Origin: an uncultured Nitrososphaeraceae archaeon
GTDB lineage: Archaea; Thermoproteota; Nitrososphaeria; Nitrososphaerales; Nitrososphaeraceae
Direction of reading: 5' to 3'
Length of the DNA: 64,000 nucleotides
Assembly: GCA_963729045.1 (NCBI GenBank)
Contig: CAVSMN010000015.1
Coordinates: forward strand, 64,001 to 128,000
Position numbers and translations under genes: made by a program
Notes under the pieces: generated by a model
Seen by the model: only the letters and a program-made list of their open reading frames with translations
Told to the model about the DNA's origin: nothing
Database searches by the model: none
Part shown: positions 10,647 through 21,880 of the stretch, in pieces
Numbering within the stretch: position 1 is the first letter of the stretch
Layout: every line of letters begins with the position of its first letter

Positions 10647-11722
10647 ATGAAGAAATTAATACTAGGTGCAGCATTTTGTTTGGGTTTCGCACTATTTTTT
10701 TGTGGGTTTTTAAATACCAACCAACAAAACATGACCTTTGGTCAGAATGAAACTAGCAGCAACAATTCAACGATAACTATACCCACAACAATATCCTCAG
10801 AGGCTCAAAATGCTTTGAAAAACATTACATCGCAAATGCCAGAGTTTGTTACTCCTGGACCAAATGATTTGAAGGGTTGGGAAGAATTGAATAAACAGGT
10901 TTCTGCTATGTCGACAGCACAATCCCAATCACTTGTTGATAGTTTTGAAACCTAATATAACACTCTACCAAATTAGGTAACGTACCCGTACTTGATATCA
11001 AACCAAAAAGTTGGGTGGACAATGGTAAGGTTCTGGTTTATGTACATGGCGGAGGATATACCATCCTTGGAGCAAATTCTACATTAAACAATTCTGTACC
11101 AGTAGCAAATGCCACTGGACTTAGAATCATATCTATAGACTACTCTCTTGCTCCTTCTTCAAAGTGGGATGAGATAACAGGTGAAGTTGTATCTGTAATT
11201 AAAGCATTAAAGGATCAAGGTAACTCCATTGAGAACATTGCCATGTATGGTGATTCAGCAGGCGGTGGCTTGGTTGCAAGTTCGGTCTTAAAAATGCGTG
11301 ATGAAGGTATCGGGGTTCCAGCTGCTATAACACTTTGGTCTCCTTGGACAGATGTTTCTGGAGCTGGTGACACATACTCAACACTGAAGAATGCGGACCC
11401 ATTCGTTCCCGATTCAATGTTGAAAAATATGGGTGGTGCCTATGCTAATGTTACGGACCAGAAGAATCCCTATGTTTCTCCAGTATATGGGAACTTTAGT
11501 AAAGGATTTCCACCAACTCTAATACAAGTAGGAACAAAGGAAATTTTGCTTAGCGATTCAGTTAGACTCTATCAAGCTTTGGACCAAGCGAATATTCCAG
11601 TAAAATTGGATGTTTATGAAGGCATGCCGCACGTATTTCAAACGACTCTGTATAAAACTCCTGAATCATCTTTAGCCATTTTGAAGACTAGTGAGTTCTT
11701 AAAGGAGTATCTAAACCACTAG
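10647..11722 (+). CDS. Secreted HSL-family alpha/beta-hydrolase (esterase/lipase), frameshifted near 10950-10965
   Basis: N-terminal signal peptide, HGGG oxyanion motif, GDSAG nucleophile and EGMPH. Removing two extra bases joins the ORFs (FEPNITSTKLGNVPVLDIKPKSW). Confidence 0.85.
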
Positions 11723-11780
11723 GAGAGACATTAATCAAATCGATTTAAGAATGTAGATGATTTCTGTGAGGTGTTGTTTG

Positions 11781-11797
11781 GGGAGTGTTTTTTCTTT
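11781..11797 (+). repeat. Degenerate copy of island motif GGGGGTGTTTTTTCTTA
   Basis: GGGAGTGTTTTTTCTTT, 15/17 match. Confidence 0.55.
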
Positions 11798-11981
11798 CCG
11801 CTCCTTTTGTGTTATTAACTTAACTCAAATAGCTGAAAGAATTTTTCCACCTTAGTGCCATACTGATATACTCGGGATTACTATCTAATTTTGATTATGG
11901 AATCTATTACGGTTCTAACGTACACGGGTTCAGATTAAAGTGTGCCCTATATGAGTAGTGCATAAGTATGATATCTGAAAT

Positions 11982-12218
11982 TCAATTATATTCAAATTCT
12001 ATTGCTATAGACTTGTCATAGTTTTTGATGTCGAGTCTCTTTACTAATCGTTCCAGATCATCGTCGTTATCCAATAGTTTTCTGTCTTTGATTGCAACAT
12101 ATTGACTTTCATATTCTTCCTTTAGGATTTTGTGATGGAAATGAAACTATTCAAAGTTCTTTGCCAATCTTTCTAACTTATCTAGATCTGATTTGGCAAA
12201 TTCATCTAGATTTTCCAT
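11982..12218 (-). pseudogene. DUF5678-like small protein paralogue with nonsense codon
   Basis: MENLDEFAKSDLDKLERLAKNFE*FHFHHKILKEEYESQYVAIKDRKLLD...SIAIEFEYN. It has the same length as, and is clearly homologous to, 12577..12813. TAG at 12147-12149 replaces a Trp codon. Confidence 0.8.
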
Positions 12219-12366
12219 AGTATATAATGTAAATCTAGTTCTTGTACAATTCTCGAATGTTGCAATTTTACTCAAGAGTATGGTTCCTAATGCTTTGTAT
12301 ATGAATTCTATTAATTGAGGCGCCCATCATCTATTATGAAATGACCTAAATGATTTGTGTCTAAGG

Positions 12367-12389
12367 GTGCTGGGGGGTGTTTTTTCTTA
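12367..12389 (+). repeat. Copy of island motif, left-end type
   Basis: GTGCTGGGGGGTGTTTTTTCTTA, 22/23 identical to 9911-9933. Confidence 0.85.
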
Positions 12390-12576
12390 TATCTTTGGTG
12401 TAAACACTTACAAGGATAATATAAGAAAATTTGCGTCATCGTGATAACTATCTATAATATTTGAAAGAATTTTGATACTACAGTTACTAATTGTTCATTG
12501 TACCACAAAGTTTTTTCTAAATCACATACAGATTTTTGTTATATCTTCATTTGCTAATCATATTAATCGTATGAGA

Positions 12577-12813
12577 TTAATTGTTTACATATTCGATGGC
12601 TATTGATTCATCACAGTTGTATAAATTCAGCCTATGTAGTAATAGATCTAAGTTGAAATCACTGTCTATTTGTTTTCTATCCTTAATGGCGACGTACTGA
12701 TCGTTATAATTTTTTTTCAATTCTTCATGATTCGAATAAAACCATTCGAAATTGTCTTTCAACTTTTCATATTTTGCAAAGTTTCTATTGGATTCCGATA
12801 TGTTAATATTCAA
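12577..12813 (-). CDS. DUF5678-like small protein
   Basis: NFEWF..N.EELKKNY..QYVAIKD..IDSD..L..L pattern. Confidence 0.65.
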   Translation of the reverse strand: MNINISESNRNFAKYEKLKDNFEWFYSNHEELKKNYNDQYVAIKDRKQIDSDFNLDLLLHRLNLYNCDESIAIEYVNN

Positions 12814-13197
12814 TTTACATACCTATTTTTCTTCTATTACTTTGTTACATAAAACTATTGACTTATCTTAGATATAACAATCCAAAGGATTGAAATTTGT
12901 TCAAATTTTAACAAGTATTTGGACTATTTATATCATATTTGATCATATAGAATTGATTAAGATATGATTATCCTACTACATATCTGAATTAGAAAAGAAG
13001 TTTAACGAATCTTAAAATTTGCAGATACGTTCTTACGGAGTCAGCAATCCGAGCCACCGATTATTAAATATAGTCAGCCTAGCATTCTAAACCTATAAAT
13101 GGTTTTAAATACCATTATAAACCATTCTTAATCTTGGAGGGTCAAAAAATCTAGTTTGCTGAAGTTTATAGGAATATACATGTCTTAGTATGGGTTT

Positions 13198-14000
13198 ATG
13201 TTTCTGATGAATTTGAGTAATGAAAAGAAGGGCTACGGATTGGAATGTTCTAGAATCTTGTTGATTGTTAACTCAAATGTTTATATGTTTATATATGTTA
13301 GTGGCTGTGGTAACCTAGTAGACTGTGACTTTTCACACAACGAGTTTAGAAACTGTCACCGCTCAAGCTATAGGAGTTGGTGCATCTTTTCATTCTATAC
13401 TTTCAAACAATAGATTTGTAAATGTGAATAATGCTATAGGCTATGAAAGCCTGTGTGAAAACAACGTCATCTCTAATAACATCCTTTGGAATACTTGTGG
13501 AATAAAACTGTCTGGAGGATGGGAACAGAATTCTATACCCATATCTATAAACAACAAATGTGTTAACAATCACTTTAATTATGGGGATGGTGGAATAGAA
13601 GCCGCGATCTCTATAGATGACGAAATATCTGGAAACAAATTCTATAGAACCAAAAGAATTGGTATCCAGGGGTCCTTTTTACGAACATTATTGGATAACA
13701 ACATTTTTACAGATACTAATTATGGAAACTATTGAGATAGATTGTTAGGAAACTAAATTTCTCAAAGAGCCGGTGGGATTATTGCCTATAATTCCAACAC
13801 CATTCTTATACCCAAGAACGAATGGAATAGTTTTGTAAACAACATTTTCTATAAATCTGGTATAAGATTTCTAGTAAATGGTGTACAAGAACAAGGTAAT
13901 ACAAATGGGATAGTGATAGACACAAAATATCTCAACTCTTTTATCTATCTTAACAAAGGAAATAATAAGCAAGGACTTGATCAGGAACTTTGGAACCAAA
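13198..14000 (+). pseudogene. Right-handed parallel beta-helix protein remnant
   Basis: Repeated (I/F)xxNx(F/I) patterns (FSHNEF, LSNNRF, ISNNIL, ISGNKF, LDNNIF) spread over several frames with stops. Confidence 0.5.
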
Positions 14001-14167
14001 GTGCCATAATATTAAGTAATTTATGAGATTTTAATGCGACGAAATTCTCCTCCCTCAAGGTCTTGCAATACGTTTGTAGAATTGTTATCAGACGATTTTT
14101 TTAGAAGTTGCAACAATTATAAAGGATTATTCTTCTAGGTTTCATTAATATGGTCATATAAATGCCA

Positions 14168-14188
14168 TAAGAGAAAACACCCTTAGTC
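14168..14188 (-). repeat. Copy of island motif, right-end type
   Basis: TAAGAGAAAACACCCTTAGTC versus TAAGAAAAAACACCCCCTTAGTC at 9996-10018. Confidence 0.7.
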
Positions 14189-14341
14189 TCCGTATTTGAT
14201 TGACACAATAATTTTACTACTAATGAGATCCTTTTGTCAATCCTATGGTTATGGCTGCCTCATACTTTTTTTCTCCGACATTCTAAAACCTTTAGCGGCG
14301 TCGAACACCGAATCAAACTCAATATTCCTCTAGATGGATAA

Positions 14342-14581
14342 TCAATCTTCTTCATAATATTCTACACTATAATGTTTACATTTAGTTATCCAAGAAAGAA
14401 ACATATGTTCCTCTCTACATTCATCTAGCCACAATTTATCCCTATATTCTGTCCTTGTTCTCTCATTGAGAGGAGGCCAGTGTTTCTCTCCATTAGGAGT
14501 TACATTTGTGGCAGGACCATATAATCCACTACCTATATTCATCTTAGGTACACCACCAGTTGCCTTGGGACATGAAGTCAT
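14342..14581 (-). CDS. Hypothetical protein (island cargo)
   Basis: 79-aa ORF closely packed with upstream ORFs; no recognised motif. Confidence 0.4.
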   Translation of the reverse strand: MTSCPKATGGVPKMNIGSGLYGPATNVTPNGEKHWPPLNERTRTEYRDKLWLDECREEHMFLSWITKCKHYSVEYYEED

Positions 14582-14587
14582 CCAACA

Positions 14588-14959
14588 TTATATACTGATT
14601 TTAGCTTCTATAACATTTCCGTTTATTAATTCCATGTAGAGATCAGGACACATAATTTCATTGAATTGTTGTTCTGGGTGGTAGGTTAGGAGGACCGAGT
14701 CTTTAGGCAGATACCTGATTTTGTTTAGATGATGTTCCTGTTCTAATACTATACAATCACTATCTCTCAGGTTAAAGTCATATAGTTTGTCTAGTTCGAA
14801 TAGTTTCATACTTCCTTTTTCCTGGTAGTTCTCCATGGATTTCTTCTTATCTATTTTAGATATATCTTGTAATATCATGATTGTTATCAAGGACATCCAT
14901 ATCCAAAAGAACACTAAAGATTTCACTACCCGGCTCAACCTTTGCCGCCCCCCATTCAA
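14588..14959 (-). CDS. Hypothetical protein (island cargo; start uncertain)
   Basis: ORF only; no recognised motif. Confidence 0.4.
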   Translation of the reverse strand: MNGGRQRLSRVVKSLVFFWIWMSLITIMILQDISKIDKKKSMENYQEKGSMKLFELDKLYDFNLRDSDCIVLEQEHHLNKIRYLPKDSVLLTYHPEQQFNEIMCPDLYMELINGNVIEAKISI

Positions 14960-14968
14960 GATATTACA

Positions 14969-15370
14969 TCAATCAACTAACATCTTTAGCAACTGTTTTC
15001 TATCATCTTTATAAAGGGCGTATAGTAGACCGCGCCACCTTTCGCAGGTTTTATTAAACAACGCTTTGGCTACGGGTTTCTCTCTTTCCAAGGTGGCTAT
15101 TTTCTGCTTTGTTGAATCTTCGTTTAACTTGCTCTCTTTGTTTAACTTCAAAAGTGCTTTATAGTTATGAAATAAAGCACCCATCATAATAGGCTCTATT
15201 GAAATGGGTCTGTTGGCATTAGATAGATATTGAGTATACAGAGTGGGGTTTTCAAATATAGTATCAAACGCTTCGTTCTCATCCTTGGAGGGTAGTCCTT
15301 TCCTAAATTTAGACCAATTCAACCGCTCTATCTCAATTAACTGTCTAAATGAAGGAATACTTCAGCCCAT
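14969..15370 (-). pseudogene. MGRxxPSFR-type small helical protein (PolB2-operon-associated family-like), nonsense at codon 3
   Basis: ATG GGC TGA AGT ATT CCT TCA TTT AGA gives MG*SIPSFRQLIEIERLNWSKFRKGL..DENEAFDTIF..NRPISIEPIMM, in frame with the listed ORF. Confidence 0.55.
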
Positions 15371-17352
15371 TTGATAAGCGAATGTAGTTGTATGATATAT
15401 TATTTACGCAGAGTAAATATGTGTATCAAATTAGAATGACTAACAGTCTTAAAAACCAAACTACTGAAAAAGTTCTCTCAATGAATCTTTGCATTAGAAA
15501 TGTATAAATGTAAAGTTACAATTTCTGTCCAAGTTGGCCCAACGCAAACTTTAAACCTTGAATCTCTCCCTGCATTTCTTCTGTTTTATGACCTAGATTA
15601 GCACAAAACCTTTCTAGTTCAAGTTCATTAACATATCCTGAATCTCTTTCTCTGTTTTCGTAATATAACTACGTTTCTAGTGTATTTAACAATTGGTAAA
15701 GGTTTTGCATTGTGTCCTAACAAATATCATTTTTTCCAATAATTACTAGAATATTACTAAATTCCTTTGATGAGGTCCACACAAATATTTACTGATTGCT
15801 TGTATGAGAATGTCAATAACGTATTCAGTAGCTAGAATCCATGACTACAAATGAAAAAGCTTAATTCTGGATCTCTACTAAACCAATAATATGGACTATT
15901 ACTTGGGTTAGGGAAAAAGGCTAAATGACATTGTGGAAGTTTTACTATCTGAGGATAGGAATATTTCTCCACTGTAATATCAAAATATTACTACCTGTAT
16001 TTCAAGACCCTTCAGTCAAACTAGGTTACACAGAACTAATCTAAACGTTGATTTTGGTTTAACATTTTGATCAGACTTCTGATTTAAAGTAATCGAAAAC
16101 AATATCCTTACAAGAAAGCATAGGATCAAACATCCTTGAATATATCTAAATTATTCATGATATCTCCTAAATCTCCTTTAAACCTAATTTGATTCACATT
16201 CGTTTCTCTTGTTTGTCTCTTCATAGGCATTATGTACCGATTTGCAAACTTCAAATGAGGGAATTTCTGTAGTCACTTGTCTAAATACTATTGTATTTGT
16301 GGTTTGGTCTGTTCAGGAATGGACAAAAGAAAAATCTGATCTTTGCATTTTGATTCCATTTTATCAGATTGTTCCTCTTCTAGTCTTTTTGATTCCACCA
16401 TTGAAGTCTTTTTTATGAGTAGCTATACTCGTGGTTACAAACAATATCTAGAACACTTACTACATTCTTGTAACCACATCATTGCAAAATTCATCAGTCA
16501 TTTCTCTTCTGGACGTATTTCCGGTCCTTGGCGTTTTTTGGTAGTTTAGTTAAAGCTGTTTCAATACAGATTTAGAAAATTGCGAATCGGTTTCATTTTT
16601 TGATAGGAAATTTTTGACAGGAATTTAGTATGTTGATTTTGGATTCGCCAATTTGAATAATTACATGCAATATCGTACCCGTGATCTCAAATCTGTTTAT
16701 TTCCTTTGCGTCAAAGGTCTGTAATAGAAAACATATCAAATTTGGTTAACTTGGTACTAGTAGATATGGAGTTATTGAACAGATTCTAGGGAAACTGTAT
16801 TTACATTTTCCATGTTATCCAATGAAGGTTTTAAGCTAAATTCTATCTTTTCAACCTCCCACTTACTATTAATCCAATGTTTTTATGGATCCATGAAATA
16901 ACAACCCATCTAAATTCGATGAAACTGGAGAAAGTGGAATATTTCAAATATAGTAGTTGATTACGGTCTTATGAAATGATGCAATATTGATACCTTTTAG
17001 AGTATTGTCGAGAAATTTGATTGGATTGTTGATGATTGGTCGAGATACTTGGGTCATGCCATTCCTATCCTTGATAAAGTATTAATCATAAATAGATTTC
17101 AAATAGATATTAGTAAGATTGTGCCTTTGACGACTACCAGTCTGAAACCTTCCTCATGATCGAACATTTTCTATAATTTAACTAATCAAGCGACAAGGTC
17201 TAACTAATTTTTATCAAGTCTTGAGCATTGCTGATATTCTTGAAGAGGGATATCTGGGATTTGATTTACATCCTGCCTCTTCCTTGTATTGGTAATCAAT
17301 GAATCAAAAAACCGAAAATGTTTATATTGTCATTTAAATATTTATTGATAAT

Positions 17353-17901
17353 TTGAATAAGATAAACTCTTTTCCAAAACAAAGTCTAACGTTTGCTCAT
17401 TGTTTGGGTGGTGCGTTGGTATTACTTTTAATTAGTATGGGTGTCCCTACCTCAAATGCCCAAAACTCTGAGGAAAATATTCAATCCTCAGTGCAGATAT
17501 CAAAATCATCCACTAATTCTTATCAAATCGTAAATGAAACCGCATACATAAAACCATTTTTTGATACCTCGTATATAATTAGTGGAAGTAGTAACCTGTT
17601 GAATAACTCGGAGAACATTATTAACTCGACAATTATTAATGACTTTCTTTCTTCCCCTACTGCAGGCTATATAATGCAGCAAAATAATTCTTCTAATCCA
17701 ACCACAAATGCAACAAATGTATTGCCTGCTCTACCTAACCCTTTTGTTAATCAAGAAACCATCAGCGCTACGATCCAACAACAACTGTCTGAGGCAATTA
17801 ACTCTGCAATGGATATTGATAATTTTGAAGTAGATATAGAGTGCACCTTTGGAAACAAGATCCAGGATTGGAATTGTGAGGTGTATAGTCTACCCACCTA
17901 A
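17353..17901 (+). CDS. Secreted hypothetical protein
   Basis: Signal peptide, N/S/T-rich body and C-terminal C-x9-C pair. Confidence 0.65.
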   Translation: MNKINSFPKQSLTFAHCLGGALVLLLISMGVPTSNAQNSEENIQSSVQISKSSTNSYQIVNETAYIKPFFDTSYIISGSSNLLNNSENIINSTIINDFLSSPTAGYIMQQNNSSNPTTNATNVLPALPNPFVNQETISATIQQQLSEAINSAMDIDNFEVDIECTFGNKIQDWNCEVYSLPT

Positions 17902-18429
17902 TTTTTGAATTTACTAAAAAACTTAATAATTCAAAATCCGATCTCATTCTTCTTAATTTATAATCATTATCTTTTTTTGAAATATGCCTCTCTGAATAGA
18001 AATTGGTTCATGCAATATATCCCCATCTGATTAGGTTTTTTGGGTAAAAAACTTTCCTTTAAGGTTCTTATCTATGATTTGGTTAAGTTTCTAGAAATAT
18101 TTTTTTTGGAACCAGTCATGAAATATGGATATTTGAAGAATACTAAATATATCTGGAAACGGATTTTGCTTTTTTATTCTAGTACTGAGCAAATAAATGA
18201 TTTATTATCTTTCAGTGGCATTTTCTTATTCTTTTCTGGTATTTAATTTTTAGAATGAATACTTATAGAATAATTTCACTTTGGCTTGATTTTGGAAAGT
18301 AAACAAATTGCTAAAACATTTTAATGAGTCAAACCCTATCAAATCAAATTTCAGCGGTATTCCTACCAATTAAAATACTTTCACAATTCATGATATATAT
18401 ATTAGTGTTTCAAAATTAACTTTAATTGG

Positions 18430-18546
18430 GCGGGGGTTGTAGAGCCTGGCCAAATAAATAATAATATTTTGGAGACGCGGGACTTAAGATCTATATAAGG
18501 GATCCCGTCTCTTAGGGGTCCGTGGGTTCAAATCCCACCCCCCGCA
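18430..18546 (+). tRNA. tRNA-Leu(UAA) with two introns (18456-18474 in the D arm; 18489-18501 at 37/38)
   Basis: GCGGGGG/CCCCCGC acceptor stem, long variable arm and GTGGG-TTCAAAT-CCCAC T arm. Both introns form bulge-helix-bulge motifs, and their removal restores the D stem and the CGGGA-CT TAA GA-TCCCG anticodon arm. Confidence 0.93.
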
Positions 18547-18878
18547 CCTTTCTTGATTATCTGTTATTCCAAAATCTAGGCTCGGTTCTGTCTACCAAAT
18601 TTGTTTTGGCTTATTGAAGTTATGGGATTTGTTTACATTTATTACTCAATTCGCAAAGACTATGAAAAGATAAGGCAAATTTCTTGGCTGGTAATGTGTT
18701 CTTGTATTTGAAACAAAACCTTTGAGATGAAACTTTGGTATCATTAAAGGTGAGGTTACGAAAATAAATTAACGATATAGATTGTTTTGTTTGTCCATTT
18801 GACCTGACTAATAATTTGATGATTTATTTCAGATCCTAAATCGGGGCCCTGGTACTGTAATTTATGTGGTACAGTTTG

Positions 18879-19520
18879 TCATTTTCTTTTTTTGGATCTA
18901 TTGTATTCTGCCATTAACTTTACTAAATTGATATGGAACCTGTTATCGTTGGCAAGTTCAGGATGAAACGATGTTCCCAAGATGTTATTTTGTCTAACGG
19001 CTACTATCCTTTTATCATATTCTGCAATAATTTCTACGTTATTACCGATCTCAGTGATTGCCGGACCTCTTATAAAAACTCCATTGAATCTTCTTTCACC
19101 CAAATAAGGTATATCTAATTCCGACTCAAAGGATTCATGCTGGCGTCCAAAGGCGTTACGTTCTATCGTAACGTCCAGAACTTTTAATAATGCCTGTTTT
19201 GTTTCGCCTATAGTTTTATCATATGCTTTATTTGATAGCATTATGAGTCCCGCACAAGTTCCTAAAATTGGTAGGCCCTCTTGGATCTTTTTTCTGATCA
19301 ACTCTGGTTGACCCCCTTGCAAGAATAAGAGCATACCTATAACTGTGCTTTCGCCTCCTGGAATAATTAGACCATCAATTTCGTCTAAATCATGCAAATC
19401 TTTCATATAGATTACAGTACCTTCAATTTCAAGTTCTTCAAATGATTCTTTAATTGCGTTTGAATTTTCTTCAATATCGCCTTGAATGCTTAGAATACCT
19501 ACTTTTAGGATAGGGTTCAA
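18879..19520 (-). CDS. pdxT: Pyridoxal 5'-phosphate synthase glutaminase subunit
   Basis: PGGEST, GTCAG, RNAFGRQ, FIRGP and FHPE motifs. Confidence 0.96.
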   Translation of the reverse strand: MNPILKVGILSIQGDIEENSNAIKESFEELEIEGTVIYMKDLHDLDEIDGLIIPGGESTVIGMLLFLQGGQPELIRKKIQEGLPILGTCAGLIMLSNKAYDKTIGETKQALLKVLDVTIERNAFGRQHESFESELDIPYLGERRFNGVFIRGPAITEIGNNVEIIAEYDKRIVAVRQNNILGTSFHPELANDNRFHINLVKLMAEYNRSKKRK

Positions 19521-20489
19521 ACCGAAGGTCCTCTCTCCTGCATTCTCAGATCTAAATTTTTCGTGTCTAATCCGATAAGTGATTTTTTTTCATCTACCAT
19601 CTTTTGAGCGTCCAAAACCTCTTTTTCATTATCATAAAATGTAGTGGCCAATACTACTGCTTTTGCCCTTGACGAGGGATCATCTGATTTGAATATCCCC
19701 GAACCGACAAAAACACCATCACAACCTAATTTCATCAGGAAAGAGGCATCAGCGGGAGTAGTAATACCACCAGCTGCAAAGTTTACTATGGGAAGCCTCC
19801 CCAATCTGCCTACTTCCAATGCTATCTCCATCGAGACCCTGTAATCCCGTAGCGAGTTTTATTATTTCTTGATAATCGTTATCCAAATAGGCCGCTCTTA
19901 GTAACCTTATTTCCTTATTCAATTTTCTTATATGATTTACCGCTTCAGCAACATTTCCAGTTCCAGGTTCACCTTTAGTTCGTATCATCGAGGCCCCTTC
20001 CTCTATTCTTCGTAATGCCTCTCCCAAATTCTTTGCACCATTTACAAAAGGTGTGGTAAACTCCCACTTCCAAATGTGATTTTCTTCGTCTGCAGGAGTT
20101 AATACTTCGCTCTCATCAATCATGTCCACCCCACAAGTTTCGAGCATTTTGGCTTCGGAGTAATGACCAATTCTACACTTTGCCATAATAGGTATTGAAA
20201 CGGCATTCATTATCTCTTCAATCGTTTTTACTCCAGCTGTTCTTGCTACCCCTCCTGCCTTCCTAACATCATAAGGCAATTTATCTAAAACCATCACAGC
20301 CACCGCGCCCGCTTCTTCTGCTATTTGAGCTTGTTCAACATTTGTTACATCCATAATAACTCCGTGTTTTTGCATGTGGGCAAAGCCCCTTTTTACTAGA
20401 ATACTCCCTCTTACAACTTTGTTGTCTCCTTCTGTCGAGACCTTTTGACCCTTCATTTCTCTATTCGCGGGTATTAATGAAATAGCCAC
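19517..20489 (-). CDS. pdxS: Pyridoxal 5'-phosphate synthase lyase subunit, +1 frameshift at about 19849
   Basis: GVIMDV, DESEVLT and RTKGEPGTG in the first [23 protein letters not shown] and MQERG in the second. Confidence 0.95.
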
Positions 20490-20712
20490 ATTTTTTTATT
20501 AAATAAAACGATATATAGGTATATTTTTTCAATAAGGATAAACATTTCAGCTAAAAAAAATTTTGATTTTCGCTGTCTTATCCTCTACTATCAAATAAGA
20601 CTTTTATGACTATAATCTAAAAATATTCAGAAAATCATAATTGCAACTTACTAGTCTTAGTTCGTCAAATTCAATAGCAAAATTTAAAAAGGAACCGTCT
20701 TTATTACAAATA

Positions 20713-21060
20713 ATGACTTTACCAAAAGGGTATAAACCTAGTGCACAAACTGGATCTGGTAGTAGTAGTAGTGGTAGTAGTAATAGTGGTGGTGGCAGTA
20801 GTGGTTCTTCAGGAGCAAGCAGAGACGAAATCGAGCGTATGATTGGCCGTAGAGTCGAAAATATGAGAGGTATTATTGTTTTAGGCTTTATATTATGTTG
20901 GGTGGCTACAGCTGGTGGTGTCTATGTTGGTGTTACTGTGTATCCATGGGCATATCCGTTACCAAGTGGCATATATGCTCTATCTGTTTTGACCGTTATT
21001 GAAGTTTTGGGGATGATTTGGATGCTGAAAATAGCTGGTGAAAAACCAGTAAGGATGTAA
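20713..21060 (+). CDS. amoX: Ammonia monooxygenase subunit X
   Basis: MTLPKG...IERMIGRRVENM, two TM helices, directly upstream of amoA. TTTAAAAA box about 25 bp before the ATG at 20713. Confidence 0.88.
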   Translation: MTLPKGYKPSAQTGSGSSSSGSSNSGGGSSGSSGASRDEIERMIGRRVENMRGIIVLGFILCWVATAGGVYVGVTVYPWAYPLPSGIYALSVLTVIEVLGMIWMLKIAGEKPVRM

Positions 21061-21176
21061 TATCCTCCATTTTATCTTTTTAAGTTCAAAAATTTTAGAC
21101 ATTTTTAATAGTTTTGAATTAGTCATTATCAAATTATTTGATTTAGTAATTGTAGATTTTTGAAAAAATATACACA

Positions 21177-21190
21177 AAATCTTATATACT
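21177..21190 (+). promoter_or_regulatory. BRE/TATA box of amoA (probably leaderless transcript)
   Basis: AAATCTTATATA about 24-30 bp upstream of the ATG at 21212. Confidence 0.55.
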
Positions 21191-21211
21191 ACCTATAAGA
21201 ACAGCATAATA

Positions 21212-21862
21212 ATGGTCTGGTTAAGACGTACAACTCACTATTTGTTCATAGTTGTTGTTGCAGTAAATAGTACGTTGCTTACAATCAACGCAGGAGATTA
21301 TATCTTCTATACTGACTGGGCATGGACATCATTCGTCGTATTCTCGATTTCTCAATCCACAATGCTTGTGGTAGGAGCTATATACTATATGTTGTTTACA
21401 GGTGTCCCTGGCACGGCTACGTATTATGCAACTATTATGACAATTTATACATGGGTTGCCAAAGGAGCATGGTTCGCATTGGGATACCCGTACGATTTTG
21501 TCGCGGTTCCTGTTTGGATACCCTCTGCTATGTTATTGGATTTGGCGTACTGGGCAACAAGAAGAAACAAACACGCGGCAATATTAATTGGTGGTGTATT
21601 GGTAGGAATGTCACTCCCACTGTTTAATATGATTAACTTATTGCTGGTTGCTGACCCATTAGAAATGGCATTCAAATATCCTAGACCCACATTACCACCA
21701 TACATGACTCCAATTGAACCACAGGTAGGAAAGTTCTATAACAGTCCTGTCGCGTTGGGAGCAGGAGCTGGAGCGGTGCTTTGTGTACCTATAGCGGCCT
21801 TGGGTGCAAAACTCAACACTTGGACTTATAGATGGATGGCTGCATGGAGTAAGTGGGACTAG
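21212..21862 (+). CDS. amoA: Archaeal ammonia monooxygenase subunit A
   Basis: 216 aa, MVWLRRTTHYLF...WMAAWSKWD, the canonical AOA AmoA. Confidence 0.99.
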   Translation: MVWLRRTTHYLFIVVVAVNSTLLTINAGDYIFYTDWAWTSFVVFSISQSTMLVVGAIYYMLFTGVPGTATYYATIMTIYTWVAKGAWFALGYPYDFVAVPVWIPSAMLLDLAYWATRRNKHAAILIGGVLVGMSLPLFNMINLLLVADPLEMAFKYPRPTLPPYMTPIEPQVGKFYNSPVALGAGAGAVLCVPIAALGAKLNTWTYRWMAAWSKWD

Positions 21863-21867
21863 ATCCC

Positions 21868-21880
21868 TTTTTTTATTTTA
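21868..21880 (+). terminator. Oligo-T terminator of amoA
   Basis: T-run immediately after the stop codon. Confidence 0.5.

Larger units (their letters stand above)
8872..17200. mobile_element. Decayed integrative island at tRNA-Thr (right boundary uncertain)
   Basis: tRNA-overlapping integrase followed by accessory genes, pseudogenes and gene-poor DNA. No attR copy of the tRNA 3' end was seen. Confidence 0.55.

Noticed and set aside
12147..12149. In-frame TAG (and TGA at about 15362) as possible pyrrolysine/selenocysteine recoding
   Set aside because: They replace Trp and probably Arg codons by single substitutions in a decaying island; no recoding machinery is in the window.
9816..18429. 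attR direct repeat of the tRNA-Thr 3' end
   Set aside because: Searched by eye and not found, so the island's right boundary is not asserted.
19749..19860. Programmed frameshifting in pdxS and other split genes
   Set aside because: No shared slippery heptamer or stimulatory structure, and too many unrelated genes are affected; assembly error is simpler.
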